Below are positions 40,051 to 55,162 of a DNA stretch of 64,000 nt, piece by piece. Source of the stretch: the human T2T-CHM13v2.0 reference genome, Homo sapiens. The stretch lies in assembly GCF_009914755.1 (NCBI RefSeq), contig NC_060941.1; one strand, 5' to 3'. Under the pieces are notes generated by a model. The model worked only from the letters and a program-made list of their open reading frames with translations. It did not search any database and had not been told where the DNA came from. A program made the translations under genes and the position numbers. Position 1 is the stretch's first letter, and each line of letters opens with the position of its first letter.

Positions 40051-40079
40051 CTTAGCGGCTGAAGACTGACACTGCCCGA

Positions 40080-42290
40080 TTGCCTCGGAAGCCCCCTAGA
40101 CCATCACAGACGCCGAGCTTCGGGTAACTCTCACAGTGGAAGGTAAACCCGTCCCCTTCTTAATCAATACGGAGGCTACCCACTCCACATTACCTTCTTT
40201 TCAAGGGCCTGTTTCCCTTGCCTCCATAACTGTTGTGGGTATTGACAGCCAGGCTTCTAAACCTCTTAAAACTCCCCAACTCTAGTGCCAACTTAGACAA
40301 TACTCCTTTAAGCACTCCTTTTTAGTTGTCCCCACCTGCCCAGTTCCCTTATTAGGCCGAGACAGTTTAACTAAATTATCTGCTTCCCTGACGATTCCTG
40401 GACTACAGCCACATCTCATTGCCGTCCTTCTCCCCAACCCAAAGCCTCCTTCGCGTCTTCCTCTCATATCCCCCTACCTTAACCCACAAGTATGGGACAT
40501 CTCTACTCCTTCCCTGGCAACTGATCACATGCCCATTACCATCCCATTAAAACCTAATCACCCTTACCCCACTCAACGCCAATATCCAATCCCTCAGCAC
40601 GCTTTAAAAGGATTAAAGCCTGTTATCACTCGCCTGCTACAGCATGGGCTTCTAAAACCTATAAACTCTCCTTACCATTCCCCCATTTTACCTGTCCTAA
40701 AACCAGACAAGGCTTACAAGTTAGTTCAGAATCTGCGCCTTATCAACCAAATTGTTTTGCCTATCCACTCCATGGTGCCAAACCCATATACTCTCCTATC
40801 CTCAATACCTCCCTCTACTACCCATTATTCTGTTCTGGATCTCAAACATGCTTTCTTTACTATTCCTTTGCACCCTTCATCCCAGCCTCTCTTTGCCTTC
40901 ACTTAGACTGACCCTGACACCCATTAGGCTCAGCAAATTACCTGGGCTGTACTGCCGCAAGGCTTCACAGACAGCCCCCATTACTTCAGTCAAGCCCAAA
41001 TTTCATCCTCATCTGTTACCTATCTCGGCATAATTCTCACAAAAACACATGTGCTCTCCCTGCTGATCGTGTCTGATTAATCTCCCAAACCTCAATCCCT
41101 TACAAAAGAACAACTCCTTTCCTTCCTAGGCATGGTTAGTGCGGTCAGAATTCTTACACAAGAGCCAGGACCGCACCCTGTAGCCTTTCTGTCCAAACAA
41201 CTTGACCTTACTGTTTTAGCCTAGCCCTCATGTCTGCGTGCAGCAGCTGCCACTGCTTTAATACTGTTAGAGGCCCTAAAAATCAAAAACTATGCTCAAC
41301 TCACTCTCTACATTTCTCATAACTTCCAAAATCTATTTTCTTCCTCATACCTGACGCATATACTTTCTGCTCCCCGGCTCCTTCAGCTGTACTCACTCTT
41401 TAAGTCCCACAATTACCATTGTTCCTGGCCCAGACTTCAATCTGGCCTCCCACATTATTCTTGATACCACACCTGATCCCCATGACTGTATCTCTCTGAT
41501 CCACCTGATATTCACCCCATTTCCCCGTATTTCCTTCTTTCCTATTCCTCACCCTGATCACGCTTGATTTATTGATGGCAGTTCCACCAGGCCTAATCGC
41601 CACACACCAGCAAAGGCAGGCTATGCTATAGTACAAGCCACTAGCCCGCCTCTCAGAACCTCTCATTTCCTTTCCATCGTGGAAATCTATCCTCAAGGAA
41701 ATAACTTCTCAGTGTTCCATTTGCTATTCTACTCCTCCTCAGGGATTATTCACGCCCCCTCCCTGCCCTACACATCAAGCTCGAGGATTTGCCCCCACCC
41801 AGGACTGGCAAATTAGCTTTACTCAACATGTCCCGAGTCAGGAAACTAAACTATTAGACCTCTTAGTCTAAATAGACACTTTCACTGAATAAGTAAAGGC
41901 CTTTCCTACAGGGTCTGAGAAGGCCACCACAGTAATTTCTTCCCTTCTGTCAGACATAATTCCTCAGTTTGGCCTTCCCATCTCTATACAGTCTGATAAC
42001 AGACCAGCCTTTATTAGTCAAATCAGCCAAGCAGTTTTTCAGGCTCTTAGTATTCAGTGAAACCTTTATATCCCTTACGGTCCTCAAGAAAAGTAGAACG
42101 GACTAAAGGGTCTTTTAAAAACACATCTCACCAAGCTCAGCCAACAACTTAAAAAGGACTGGACAATACTTTTACCACTTTCTCTTCTCAGAATTCAGGC
42201 CTGTCCTCAGAATGCTACAAGGTGTACAGGAGCCCATTTAAGCTCCTGTATAGACGCTCCTTTTTATTAGGCCCCAGTCTCATTTGACAC
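40080..42290 (+). pseudogene. HERV-H pro-pol remnant (PR, RT, RNase H, IN), inactivated
   Basis: PR active site reads LINTEA (catalytic Asp lost) and LLGRD is at 40349-40363. RT has QYPI, SPILPV.KPD, LDLKHAFF and LPQGF, but the YxDD region is deleted. RNase H reads *FIDGSS; IN reads WQISFT, DTFT and QSDNRPAF. Confidence 0.92.
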
Positions 42291-42877
42291 CAGACCAACT
42301 TAGACTGTGCCCCCAAAAAAAACTTGTCATCCCTACTATCTTTTGTCTAGTCATACTCCTATTCACCATTCTCAACTACTCATACATGCCCTGCTCTTGT
42401 TTATACTGCTGGTTTACACTGTTTCTCCAAGCCATCACAGATATCTCCTGCTGCTATCCCCAAACTGCCACTCTAAACTCTTGAAGTAAATAAATAATCT
42501 TTGCTGGCAGGACTATGCTGAATCTCCTTAGGCACTCTCTAATCAGATGTCCTAGGTCCTCCCAATTCTTAGACCTTTTATACCTGTTTTTCTCCTTCTC
42601 TTATTCCATTTAGTTTTTCAATTCATACAAAACCGTATCCAGGCCATCACCAATCATTCTGTAGGACAAATGTTTCTTCTAACAACCCCAAAATATCACC
42701 CCTTACCACAAGACCTCCCTTCAGCTTAATCTCTCCCACTCTAGGTTCCCACGCCGCCCCTAATCCCGCTTGAAGCAGCCCTGAGAAACATCGCCCATTC
42801 TCTCTCCATACCACCCCCAAAAATTTTCGCCGCCCCAACACTTCAACAGTATTTTGTTTTATTTTTCTTATTAATAT

Positions 42878-42890
42878 AAGAAGGCAGGAA
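42878..42890 (+). other. Polypurine tract
   Basis: AAGAAGGCAGGAA abuts the 3' LTR. Confidence 0.85.
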
Positions 42891-43311
42891 TGTCAGGCCT
42901 CTGAGCCCAAGCCAAGCCATCGCATCCCCTGTGACTTGCACATATACACCCAGATGGCCTGAAGTAACTGAAGAATCACAAAAGAAGTGGAAAGGCCCTG
43001 CCCCGCCTTAACTGATGACATTCCACCATTGTGATTTGTTCCTGCCCCACCTTAACTGAGTGATTAACCCTGTGAATTTCCTACTCCTGGCTCAGAAGCT
43101 CCCCCACTGAGCACCTTGTGACCCCTGCCCCTGCCCACCAGAGAACAACCCCCTTTGACTGTAATTTTCCATTACCTTCCCAAATCCTATAAAACGGCCC
43201 CACCCCTATCTCCCTTCGCTGACTCAGCCCGCCTGCACCCAGGTGAAATAAACAGCCATGTTGCTCACACAAAGCCTGTTTGGTGGTCTCTTCACACAGA
43301 CGCGCATGAAA
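42891..43311 (+). promoter_or_regulatory. HERV-H 3' LTR
   Basis: 421 bp; TATAAAA 43188-43194 and AATAAA 43247-43252; 13-bp deletion relative to the 5' LTR. Confidence 0.95.
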
Positions 43312-43394
43312 GTCTCGATCTCCTGACCTCATGATCTGCCCTCCTTGGCCTCCCAAAGTGCTACAATTACAGGCGTGAGCCACCGTGCCCGGCC
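43312..43394 (-). mobile_element. AluY, 5' portion (continuation after HERV-H)
   Basis: gtctcgatctcctgacctc...cccaaagtgct...gtgagccaccgtgcccggcc. Confidence 0.93.
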
Positions 43395-43475
43395 GACACT
43401 CTCATTAAATTAATCACTTTGAATAGTAAAGTTAAAAAAAAAAAATCACCAGCTCATATTAAAAAGCCATTTATG

Positions 43476-43775
<300 letters not shown>

Positions 43776-44870
43776 TCATAATCCGACCTTTACCTCCTTT
43801 ACCTAAATATGTTCAGCTTCACCTGTCTCTCATTCCAGCCTGTTATTTCTCAGCTTTACTGAACTTATATCCATATTCCTCAGAGATGAATGAATTTTCA
43901 TGCTTTCATGTCTTTTTTCTTCTCACCCAGAATGCTCCTTATTTTCTCTCCGAGTCGTGGACTCTATGCCTGCTCATGTGTCAAGACGTAGCTCAACTTC
44001 CAACTTCACTAAAATTATCAACCTCACGGTGGGTTCTCAGCTAGAGTTAGGCCTTCCCATAGCTCTAAATCTCTAGCACTTAACAGACAATATTTTAGAT
44101 AGTTGGTTTTGCATTCATTGTCTTTATTGGAGTGAAAGCTTTCTAAAGAAAAGGAAGGTACCTAAATATTTAACAGATGTATCAATACCTAAGACTAGAC
44201 TATGCAAGTGGCTCTCCTGGGTGAATTAATAAATACTCAAATAAATACTTGAATGAAGAGAAGAGCCAAGGAGCACCCACACCAGAATATTCGAGAAAAG
44301 TATTTGATAAGATCATTTTGCAAGAGTTTATGAGGTATATCCAGGAAACACATATTAAATGCTATTTGACCACAGATTCCATAAAATTATGCAGAGAACA
44401 AAAGAATTATAGATCAAGAACTTCTCCAACAGTTTCTGATGATCTGGTGAAGAAATCAATGTCCACAGTCATGAAATAATAAAAAATAATTCAATATATG
44501 ACAATTATGAAATTAATTATGAAATTAATAAAATCTTATTAAATTATGAAATTAATAAAATCTGAATCAAAAATCCAAGGGGATTTTTTTATTAATTCTT
44601 GACAGAATGAAGTTAATTGGGAAGATCAAAAACAGACGAGCACAATCTCAATAAAAAATCACAGCAGGTATTTGTGTGGTAATTGATAATCTTATACTAA
44701 AATTTATATAAAAATCCAAAGACCCAGGAATAGCCAAGGCAACCTTGCAGAAGAATAAAGCTACAGGGCTTATATTACCAGTGAGTAAGATCTATTTTAA
44801 AGTTTTAGTAATTAAGACATTTTTGGTATTTGCACAAGAATAGTTAAATTGATAAATGAGATAGAATAGA

Positions 44871-45288
<418 letters not shown>

Positions 45289-45499
45289 TCAACCTTGTTA
45301 GTGAGATTCATCCATATCGTCAAATATAGTTTTAAATCATTCATGCTCATTGCTGTGTAATATTCATTCATACAGTGTGCATCTCTTAGGCAGTGGAGAA
45401 AAGACAGGCATCTTAATCAATGGTTCTGGGTCAGTTGGATACCCATATGAAAGGATATATTTTATCCTTCTACCTCACATCATACACAAAAATCAATTG

Positions 45500-45629
45500 A
45501 TAGCATTAGGAGATATACCTAATGTAAATGACGAGTTAATGGGTGCAGCACACCAGCATGGCACATGTATACATATGTAACAAACCTGCACGTTGTGCAC
45601 ATGTACCCTAGAACTTAAACTATAATTAA
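45500..45629 (+). mobile_element. Younger, severely 5'-truncated L1PA (L1PA3-5-like) with 12-bp TSD
   Basis: atagcattaggagatatacctaatgtaaatgacgagttaatgggtgcagcacaccagcatggcac...; TSD AAAAATCAATTG at 45488-45499 and 45630-45641. Confidence 0.92.
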
Positions 45630-46981
45630 AAAAATCAATTGCAAGTGGATTGCACATCTAAATCTGAAGATAAGAAACATTAAGCTTATATAAGAAAACA
45701 TGATTATGATATTGGAGACGACAAAGATTTCTTAAACATGTTACCAAAAATGCAACCGTAAGAGAAAAAAGTAATGTATTAGATTGTATTAAAACGTTAA
45801 TGGTGTCATCAAAGGACACAAAAGAGTGAAAAGGCAACCCAAAGAGTAAAAGATGATATTTACAACATACATATCTAACAATGAACACAAATCCCAACTA
45901 TATGAAGATCTCCTAGTAGTCAGTTTTTTTTTAAAGCAACTCAATAAAAAGAAGGCAAAAAACTTGAAGATACAGTTACATAGATATAAAAATGACCAAT
46001 AAAGCTACAAAAATGTGTATGGCCTGATGAGTCATCATGAAAATGGAAATTCAAACCTCAGTATCACTCACACTAGAATAGCTAAATAAATAAGACAGAA
46101 AGTACTAAGTGTGGGTAAGGGTGTAGGCAACTGGACATCTTAAATACTGCTAATGGGATTGTAAATTACTACAACCACTCTGGAAAGCTATCTGTGAGTA
46201 TCTGCTATAAAGAATATATACATACTCTGTGACCCAGTAATTCTACTCCCAGGAATAGATTGAACAGAAGTGCATACATATGCTCACCAATGAATTGCAT
46301 GCATATGTTCACATAAGGTACTAGAACATTCATAGCAGCATTATTTGTAGTAGTTCCAAGCTTGGAAACTACCCAAATACAAATCAATAGTAGAATGAAA
46401 GAATCAATCATGGCATATTTACACAAAGAAATACTATACAGCAATGGGCATGAACAATTTAAAACTATACTCAACAATATGGATGACTCTCAAAAACATA
46501 AAGTTGAATGGAAGAAGACAAATACAAAAGGAGAAGCCATATGGTTCTTATTACATAAAGTCCAACAATAGGCAAAACCAATCTTGATCAAAGTCAAGAC
46601 ATCGTCACCCTTGGAGTGGGCATCAGCTGGAAGAGGTTGATGGTTTGATGGTAGGATGGTGCTTCTGGGGTGCTGGTAATGCTGTATTTCCTGATTTGGC
46701 TTAGGCTGACACAGTCAGTCTGTGAAAATTTATTGGGCCATTCACTTATGAAATGTGGACTCTTCCTATGTATATTACACTTCAATAAAACATTTAAAAC
46801 AGTTTTTTAAATTTTTATGTAAGGAAACAAATATTAAAACATATAAACCTACAATAATGTAAAAAGTGTTGTGTTGCCACAAGACTAGGAATATAGATCC
46901 ATGGAACGCAATGGAAAACCAAGAAAAATAGCTTGGTAGATTTAAGAACTAAGTATACGATTAAGATGAAATTTGGGATCA

Positions 46982-47801
<820 letters not shown>

Positions 47802-49309
47802 TAAAGAGCTCTTTCTAAACAACATTATTAATATTAATAATAAAATAAATGCTCTTAAAAATATGTACAAAGTATAAAAGCATACATCCTATCCTACAAA
47901 GACACAAAATGTCTAACAAACTCATGAAATTCTTTCATCTCAGTTAGTAAATAAATACTAATAAGGACGGTAATGAGATAGTATTTTTCATACATCAATG
48001 GCATTTTTTATGATACCATCCAATATTGGTGAGGGTGAGATAAAATGATGAGATTATTGTTTAGTACTTTCTTTCTGAAAGATAATCTGGCATATATATA
48101 TATAAAGCCATAAAATATCTATACCAATTGGCCTGATAAATTTACATCTAGAACTTATCTCTAAGGAAATAACTGGAGATACAAAGAATTATGTAAAAAA
48201 AGATGCATTGCAGTGCTGCTTATGATAATAAAGAAGAGTTGAAACAAACTAAATGTATGAGAAGAGGAGATGAGTTAAATAGCCACGGGATGGAAAAGTT
48301 AAATTTAAAGACAAACAAAAAATGCTGAAGACCATTAGGGTCCAGAAGAGGCCACCAGAACTTCCCCCAGACCTTTGGGGATTCAGGATCACACCCTCCT
48401 TTGCCGTTAGGGAGATTTCAGTGGAAAAGTTTTAAGAAGCCCTTCTCGGCATGACGATCTGCCACCCTGAGATTTTAAAACCTGGGGGAGTTGTTTACAT
48501 GCAGAATGTTCCATTTGCAATGTTTACATGAATATTCAATGTATTAAAGTGACACATTTTAGAAAAAAAACCCCAATTCTCCTTAAACTTTAAGGTTGAC
48601 TTGTATTTTTTTCTATTAATATGCTTAATAAAATAACACAAATAATAAATCATCAAGAGTCATGTTTTAAAAGTCAACTAATGACATGGGAAAATGGGCT
48701 GTGTTAAGGAAAAAAGACAGGACACGATACATGTACAGTATATTTTGATACACACATACACTCCAAATTGTCTAAGGAGTGATGAGATTAATGGGTGACT
48801 TTCAATGTTTTATTCTATAATTTTGGATTATTTGAATCTTGAAAAATGTGTAGCTGTCACTTTTACAAGTATAAAACAATAAAGCTATTTTCATTTTGAA
48901 AAGAAATTAAGCGGAAATGAGAAAAATGTTATAGATCTTGATTTCCGTTTTTATTTTATTTTTGGTGATGGAATTCCTTTTTTAAATGCTATGTTACACG
49001 AGAACTGAATCTTTGAACAAATAAAAGGAGCTCTGTTGAATGAGATTGACAGATACAGACCCCAACTGCTTGCCCTCTTCCTGCCTTTCACCTGACCTTT
49101 ATATTCTCCCCTACTCTGGTCCCCAACACCTGAAGCATCTACCAAGAGCCTCAAGGCATCACAGAACGCAATTGTAAAACTGTTATTCTACTAGATGACC
49201 ATTCATTGGCATAGTAAGCCTTTCATGATATATTCCAATACTCCATAAGTGTTAAAAGTAGATTATAAAATAATTTGTAGGGTAATATCCTATGTTTTAA
49301 AACTCCACA

Positions 49310-49715
49310 TGTGCTATATACAATTATATGTGTGTCTGTATATGTGTGTATATAGACACACACATGCACACACATATATATGCATGGGTGTATATATATA
49401 GATGTATATATACATCTAAATAAACAAAAAACGTTTAAAAAATAGTAAAAAGAAATACACTAAAGTGTAAAGTGTCGTATCAGAGCCATGGCTGTATTTT
49501 TTTGTATTTTTGTTTTTATATTTATTTTTATATTTTATAAAAACATTTAATTTTATATATGTGGAATACACACATATATATGTGTGATATGTGTATATAT
49601 AGAGATGTATATATTTAATGTATATATACATCTAAACATTTAGTTACTAAAAAGTAGTAAAAAGAAATACACCAAAGTCTAAAATGTTGTTGTATCAGAG
49701 CCATGGCTATATTGC
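49310..49715 (+). repeat. (TA)/(CA)-rich low-complexity tract with a ~215-bp-period tandem duplication
   Basis: tatatacatctaaa...tagtaaaaagaaatacac.aaagt...gtatcagagccatggct occurs at ~49405-49497 and ~49621-49712. Confidence 0.85.
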
Positions 49716-52441
49716 TTTTGTAATAAGAAAAAAATGCATTTTAAGGCTGAGCAGGATTTGAGAGAGTGATTTACTCTTGATGAAGTCTAGTGTGATTTTT
49801 CTGCCAATAAGAGATCCAGGTGACATTTGAGAATTATGGGTTTAGGTCTAATTACTGTTTTTTTAGTAGCAGTAGTTTATTCAGGCATATTTTACATGCA
49901 TTAAAATTCTCGAATCCTAAGTGTAGAGCCAGATTATTTTTGGTACACATATAGTCACATGAGTATAATTATTGTTTTGTTGTTGTTCCTCTCTTTAATC
50001 TTTATATCTGATTCTGGATGATGCTTAAAAAAAAAAAAACAGCTTTATTGAGGCATGCCTGACTTACAATCAACTGCATATATTTAAAGTGTACAATTTG
50101 ATCAGTTTTAACATGGAAAGAAGAGTCAGTTATTCCTAGGTTTCAATCTTGGATATGGATCTTTCTTGACCTTAGATAAATTATTTAATCTCCTTAAGCC
50201 TCACTTTTCTCACCTGTGGCTGATATACTTACCTTGCAGGATTGTTGGGAAGACTAAGTAATGTGTGTGACTCTTCAGTACAGCCCCTGCCATACAACAA
50301 CCATCCAATAAGATAATGGCTGTTGTGGATCTCATCTGTTTCCAAACAGGGAACCTAAGATTCAATGAGGTTAGAAACTTGTTTACATTCCCACAGCTGG
50401 GCTGAGAAAGCAGCTGACTGCATGACCTGACTCTTCTTGCTGGAAACTCTTAAATGTGTCTTCTCCTGAGGGGCTCCCCCGAGCAGTGTAAGAATGGCCT
50501 TGTACTGGCCGTGAAACTGGGAGAACAGGTATCTCCTCAGCCCTGTTGCTCCCTTGCCTGTAACTCTGACTTCACAATGAGTGATAGCAACCAATCCGCC
50601 ATGTTGCCCCTGGCAAATTGCCCAACTCACCAACCTCAGTTTCCTCATCTGTTAAAGGAAGAAATTACATCAATGGTGGCACCTTCTGGAGGCTACTGAG
50701 GGATCACATAAGATAACAGTTAAAATCAATTCTTAAAGCTCTGCAATTGTTCAATAGTTAGCTCTTTGAAAGAAAAGAATGTTGGAATTTTGTAGCAGAA
50801 AGGACCTTGAGAATCATCTCGTGCTAGATTTCTAGTCCCCGCTAGTGATGTACTAGTAATCATGTTAATTATCAAAACACCTCCCATATGTCAAGGGCCT
50901 ACTAAGAGCACTGCTAGGCAGTTTTTCAGGCATCACTTCATCCATTCTTCACCACAACCAGGCTACGTAGACAATATCAACCACACTTTACAGATAAGAA
51001 ACCAAAATCCTAGAGTTTAATTGTCCAAAGTTACAAGGTTAAGAATCTTCCTAGTCCACAGCTTGCCCTTCTATAACGGTATATCTCAAATTCTTTCAGG
51101 AAAGAAAGAACAAGGAAACACTTCTTAGCTCATCTCATAACTGCAGCAAGACCTTTATAACAAAGCCTGTCAAGAAGACTACAAGCAATGAGAATTATAG
51201 ACCAATATTACTCATATAGACACAAAAATTCTTGAAAAATAAAAGCAAATTGAAACCAGCAATATATGAAAAACATATCACAACCAAGTAAGGTTTATCC
51301 TAGAAATGTAAGGATGTTTTGACACTTAAAAGTAAATTAATATAATTCTCCACATGAACCAAAAAAGGAGAAAAATCATGTAATGATTATCTCAAAATAT
51401 GCAGAAAAGATTGTTTGATGAATTCAACATTAATCCATGATTGAAAACAAATGTACCAGTAAATGAAGAACAAAAAATAATGTTCTCAGTCTGATAAAAG
51501 TCAATAATTTTAAAATCTGCAGGTAACAAAATACATAATAGTAATACAGTAAATACTTTCTATCAAAGACTGGTACCAAAACAGGGTATCTGCTGTAACC
51601 ACTTCCATAATGTAGTGCACTGGCTATCCTAGCCAGCATAATAACACAAGATAAAGAAATAAAAGGTATACAGATTGTACAGGAAGAAAAAAAGCTGTCC
51701 TTGCTCATAAATAGCATAATCTTTAACGTATAAAATCCTAAAGGAATCTAAAATATGAGAACTAATAGGGGAATTTAGCAAGGATTCAGCATACAAGATC
51801 AATATACAAAAATCTATTTTAATTATGTTTACTAGTGACAAAATAAAAAATGATAAGGAATATCATTTACAATAGCATCTAAGGGTATAAAATTCTTAAG
51901 GATGAATTTTACAAAATATGTACAAGATATCTACACTTAAAACTTTAGGAGAAATTAAAGAAAACATAAATAATTGGAAAGCTATACCATGTTCATGGAA
52001 TAGAAGCTTAAATATCAATTCCGTCAATTTACCAGTTCAAAGCAATACAGTGAAAATCCCAGCTGATCTTTTTATAGAAACTGATAAGCTATATAATTCA
52101 TTTGAAAATGCAAAGGACCTACAATAGTCAAAATAATTATGAAAGAAGAATAAAGTTAGATACTTTCAAACTGATTCAGGGGTTACTATAAAATTACAGA
52201 AATCAAGACACAAAGTGGCATGGACATAGTAAAATATATCAATGAAATAGAACAGAATTCAGAAATAGACCCATATATGTATGCTCAGTTGACTCTGTTG
52301 AAGGTAATTCAATGAAAAAAGATAGTCTTTTCAATAAATGGTGCTGGCTCAATGGATATATATTTGAAAACAAAACAAAACAAAAGCCTCACATCATACC
52401 TTACACTGTACATCATTAAGTAAAAATTTAAATCACAATTA

Positions 52442-52742
52442 CAGTCATGCATTGAATATACCATAATGGTCCCATAAAATTATAATATTGTATTTTTACT
52501 GTACTTTTTTAATGTCTAGATACGTTTATATACATAAATACTTTCTGCTGTGTTATAACTGCCTACAGTATTCAGCACAGTAACACGCTGTATGGTTTGT
52601 AGCCTAGGAGCAAGAGGGTGTAGCAGTAGGCTATACCATCTAGGTTTGTGTAAATACACTCTATGACATTTGAACAATGATGAAATTGCCTAACAATCCA
52701 TTTCTCAGAATGTATTCCTGTCATTAAGTGACACTTGACCAT
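52442..52742 (-). mobile_element. Tigger3/MER7-like DNA transposon in L1
   Basis: cagtcatgc terminus; gtaggctataccatctaggtttgtgtaa.tacactctatga; catttctcagaa.gtat.cc.gtcattaag.gac. Confidence 0.8.
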
Positions 52743-52830
52743 GTAAAGTTTTTAAAAGAAAACACAGGAGAGTATCTTTGCAACCTTAGTTAGACAAATA
52801 TTTCCTGAAGAAGACATAAAAAACACTAAT

Positions 52831-53145
52831 GAGAAGAGGAGAGGACAGGAGAGGAAAGGAGGAAAGAAGAAAAAAGAAAGAAAGAAACAGAGAGAGAGAG
52901 AAAAGAAAGAAAAGAAAGAAAGAGAAAAGAAAGAAAGAAAGAAAAAAGAAAAAGAAAGAAAAAGAGAAAGAAAGAAAGAAGAAAGAAGAAACAGAAAGGA
53001 AGGAAGGAAGGAAGGAAGGCAGGGAGGGAGGAAGGAGAAAAAAGAAAGAAAGAAAGAAAAGAGGAGGAGAAGGAAGGAAGGAGAAAGGGAAAGACAGAGA
53101 AAGGAAAGAAAGGGAGGGAGGGAAAAGAAAAGACAAGAAAAAGAA
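52831..53145. repeat. ~310-bp polypurine (GAAA/GGAA/GAGA) low-complexity tract
   Basis: Almost exclusively A/G on the + strand; includes (GGAA)5 at 52998-53017. Confidence 0.97.
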
Positions 53146-54979
53146 GTTGCTACATTGGACCTTAACAACACTGAAAACTTCCCTTTGAAGACACTAATGT
53201 GAAATTGAAAAGACATGCCACACGATGGAGAAAATACATACATCTGACAAATGACTTATATTCAAAATATAAAAGGAATTCTTACAAGTCAATACTAAAG
53301 AGGGCAAAATAACTCTAATAGCCACTTCCTAAAAAGACACACAGATGATCAATAAGCACCTGAAAAAATGATCAGCATTGCTAATCATCAACAAATTGCA
53401 AGTTCAAACCACGATGTGATGTAACTTCATACATTAAAATAGCTAAAAGTTAAACAAAGAAAACTAGCAAGCTCTGGTGAGCATGTGGACAATCGGAATT
53501 CTTGTAGTAGGTACGTAAATGGCATAATTACTTTGGAAAAATGTTTGTCAGTTTCTTACACAGTTAAACATGCATCTACCTGCGACCCATCAATTTTACT
53601 TCTGGAAATTCGCCCAAGATAAATAAAAACCACACAAAGGACTCACAAAGTTCACCCAAAGACTTATACACAAACGTGCCTGCAGTTTTTTGCACCACAG
53701 CATAAATCTGGAAACAGTCAAAAAATCTATCAAGAGGATGGATAAATGAATTATGTATTTATTCACTGAAATACCACTTAACAATAGAAGAAAACAAACT
53801 GCGGATACCTACAAAAGCATGGATAAATTTCAAAAACAATTTGTTGTGCTAGAGAAGCTAGACACAAAAGAGTGTATACTGTACACTTCCGTTTATATAA
53901 AGTCCTTGAAAGGGCAAAACAAACTATAGCAAGAGAAGTCAGATCAAGGATTGCCTGGGGTAGGTAGGAAGTGGTGAAGATTGACTACCAAGCGCCATGA
54001 GAAAACTTTGTGGGATAACAGAAACGTTCAATATTTTGACTGGGGCGGTGGTTCCACGTGCATATACAGTTGTCAAAACTTATCAATGTGTACATTTAAA
54101 GAGCATGCGTTTTGTTGTGTGAAAATAAATTGTATGTGAATAAATGTGATTTTAAAAAATAATAAAGTTCTCCACATATTTCTTAGGTCCCTTAAAGAGT
54201 GAGCACTGCTTGTCAGTGCCAGAGCCTCTGTCTCATTAATCTTTTAATCGCAGTCTATACAATATCTGGCACTTGGTAAGTGCTCCCCAGGTAGAGTTTG
54301 AGAGAAGGTAGGTCGGGAGAGCACGCATTGTTGGAGGGGTGTGAGGAGGAACAGAACACAAGCAGGACTAGACAAATATGCTCTTCTGCTAGAAACCTCT
54401 TTCACCATAAGGTGGCAGCAGAGAGCACCTGGCAATGTCTTTACCTACTTAATCCAGCAGGTGACAGCAGACCCACACTAACCTCTACACGAAGTTGCAT
54501 TTTCCCCTCTCTTTCCTACGGTTACCACAATCTCAGCCCAGCCACTCCGCCAGGCAGAAAAGGGAGACTTAAATGGAAAAGAATAAGAACATACCCATGA
54601 TCCCCATATATGACGGGCACTGTTCTCCATGCTTAATAGGCAACATGTAATTATACTTAATGTAATATCCATGCTTAATAAACAGTATTTCATTTCCATG
54701 CCCATCCTTTATCATGGGTATGATTTTCTTTGTTGTAAAGACAAGTAAACAAAGCTTCAGAGAAGGAGAACATGTTCCTAATCACGGATCTAGAAGTGAT
54801 AGCGATGGAGTTTGAGTCTGCTTTTTCTTTCCATGTCATCCTGTCCAAACCTATAGACCAAAATGATCCATACAGAGGTTATGTATTGGTGTTCACTGCA
54901 GCAGTGTTCTAACTGCTCATGTGCATTAGCTCATGTAATCTTCACAACGAGTTGAGGTAGGAACAGTTGTTATCCCTAT

Positions 54980-55162
54980 TTATTTTATTTATTTATTTAC
55001 TTATTTATTGTGTTTTTGAAACAGTGTTACTCTGTCACCCACTCTGGAGTGCAGTGGTGCGACCATAGGTCACTGCATCCTCAAACTTCCAGGCTCAAGC
55101 AATCCTCCCACCTCAGCCTCCAGAGTAGCTAGGGCTACAGGTGTCAGCCATTGCGCCTAGCC
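54980..55162 (-). mobile_element. Alu monomer (FAM/FRAM-like) inserted in a MIR
   Basis: (TTTA)n tail and a single arm ending gccattgcgcctagcc; MIR sequence on both sides. Confidence 0.75.

Larger units (their letters stand above)
51085..54165 (+). mobile_element. Old L1M ORF2/3'UTR remnant (fragmented)
   Basis: gaattatagaccaatattactcat, atgcagaaaaga.t.tttgat, caagatcaatatacaaaaatc, ccatgttcatggaataga; 3' end at ~54160. Confidence 0.85.

Noticed and set aside
40529-40906. 125-aa reverse-transcriptase-like ORF as a functional RT
   Set aside because: Ends at a Trp->stop and the downstream YxDD catalytic region is deleted; it is a pseudogene fragment.
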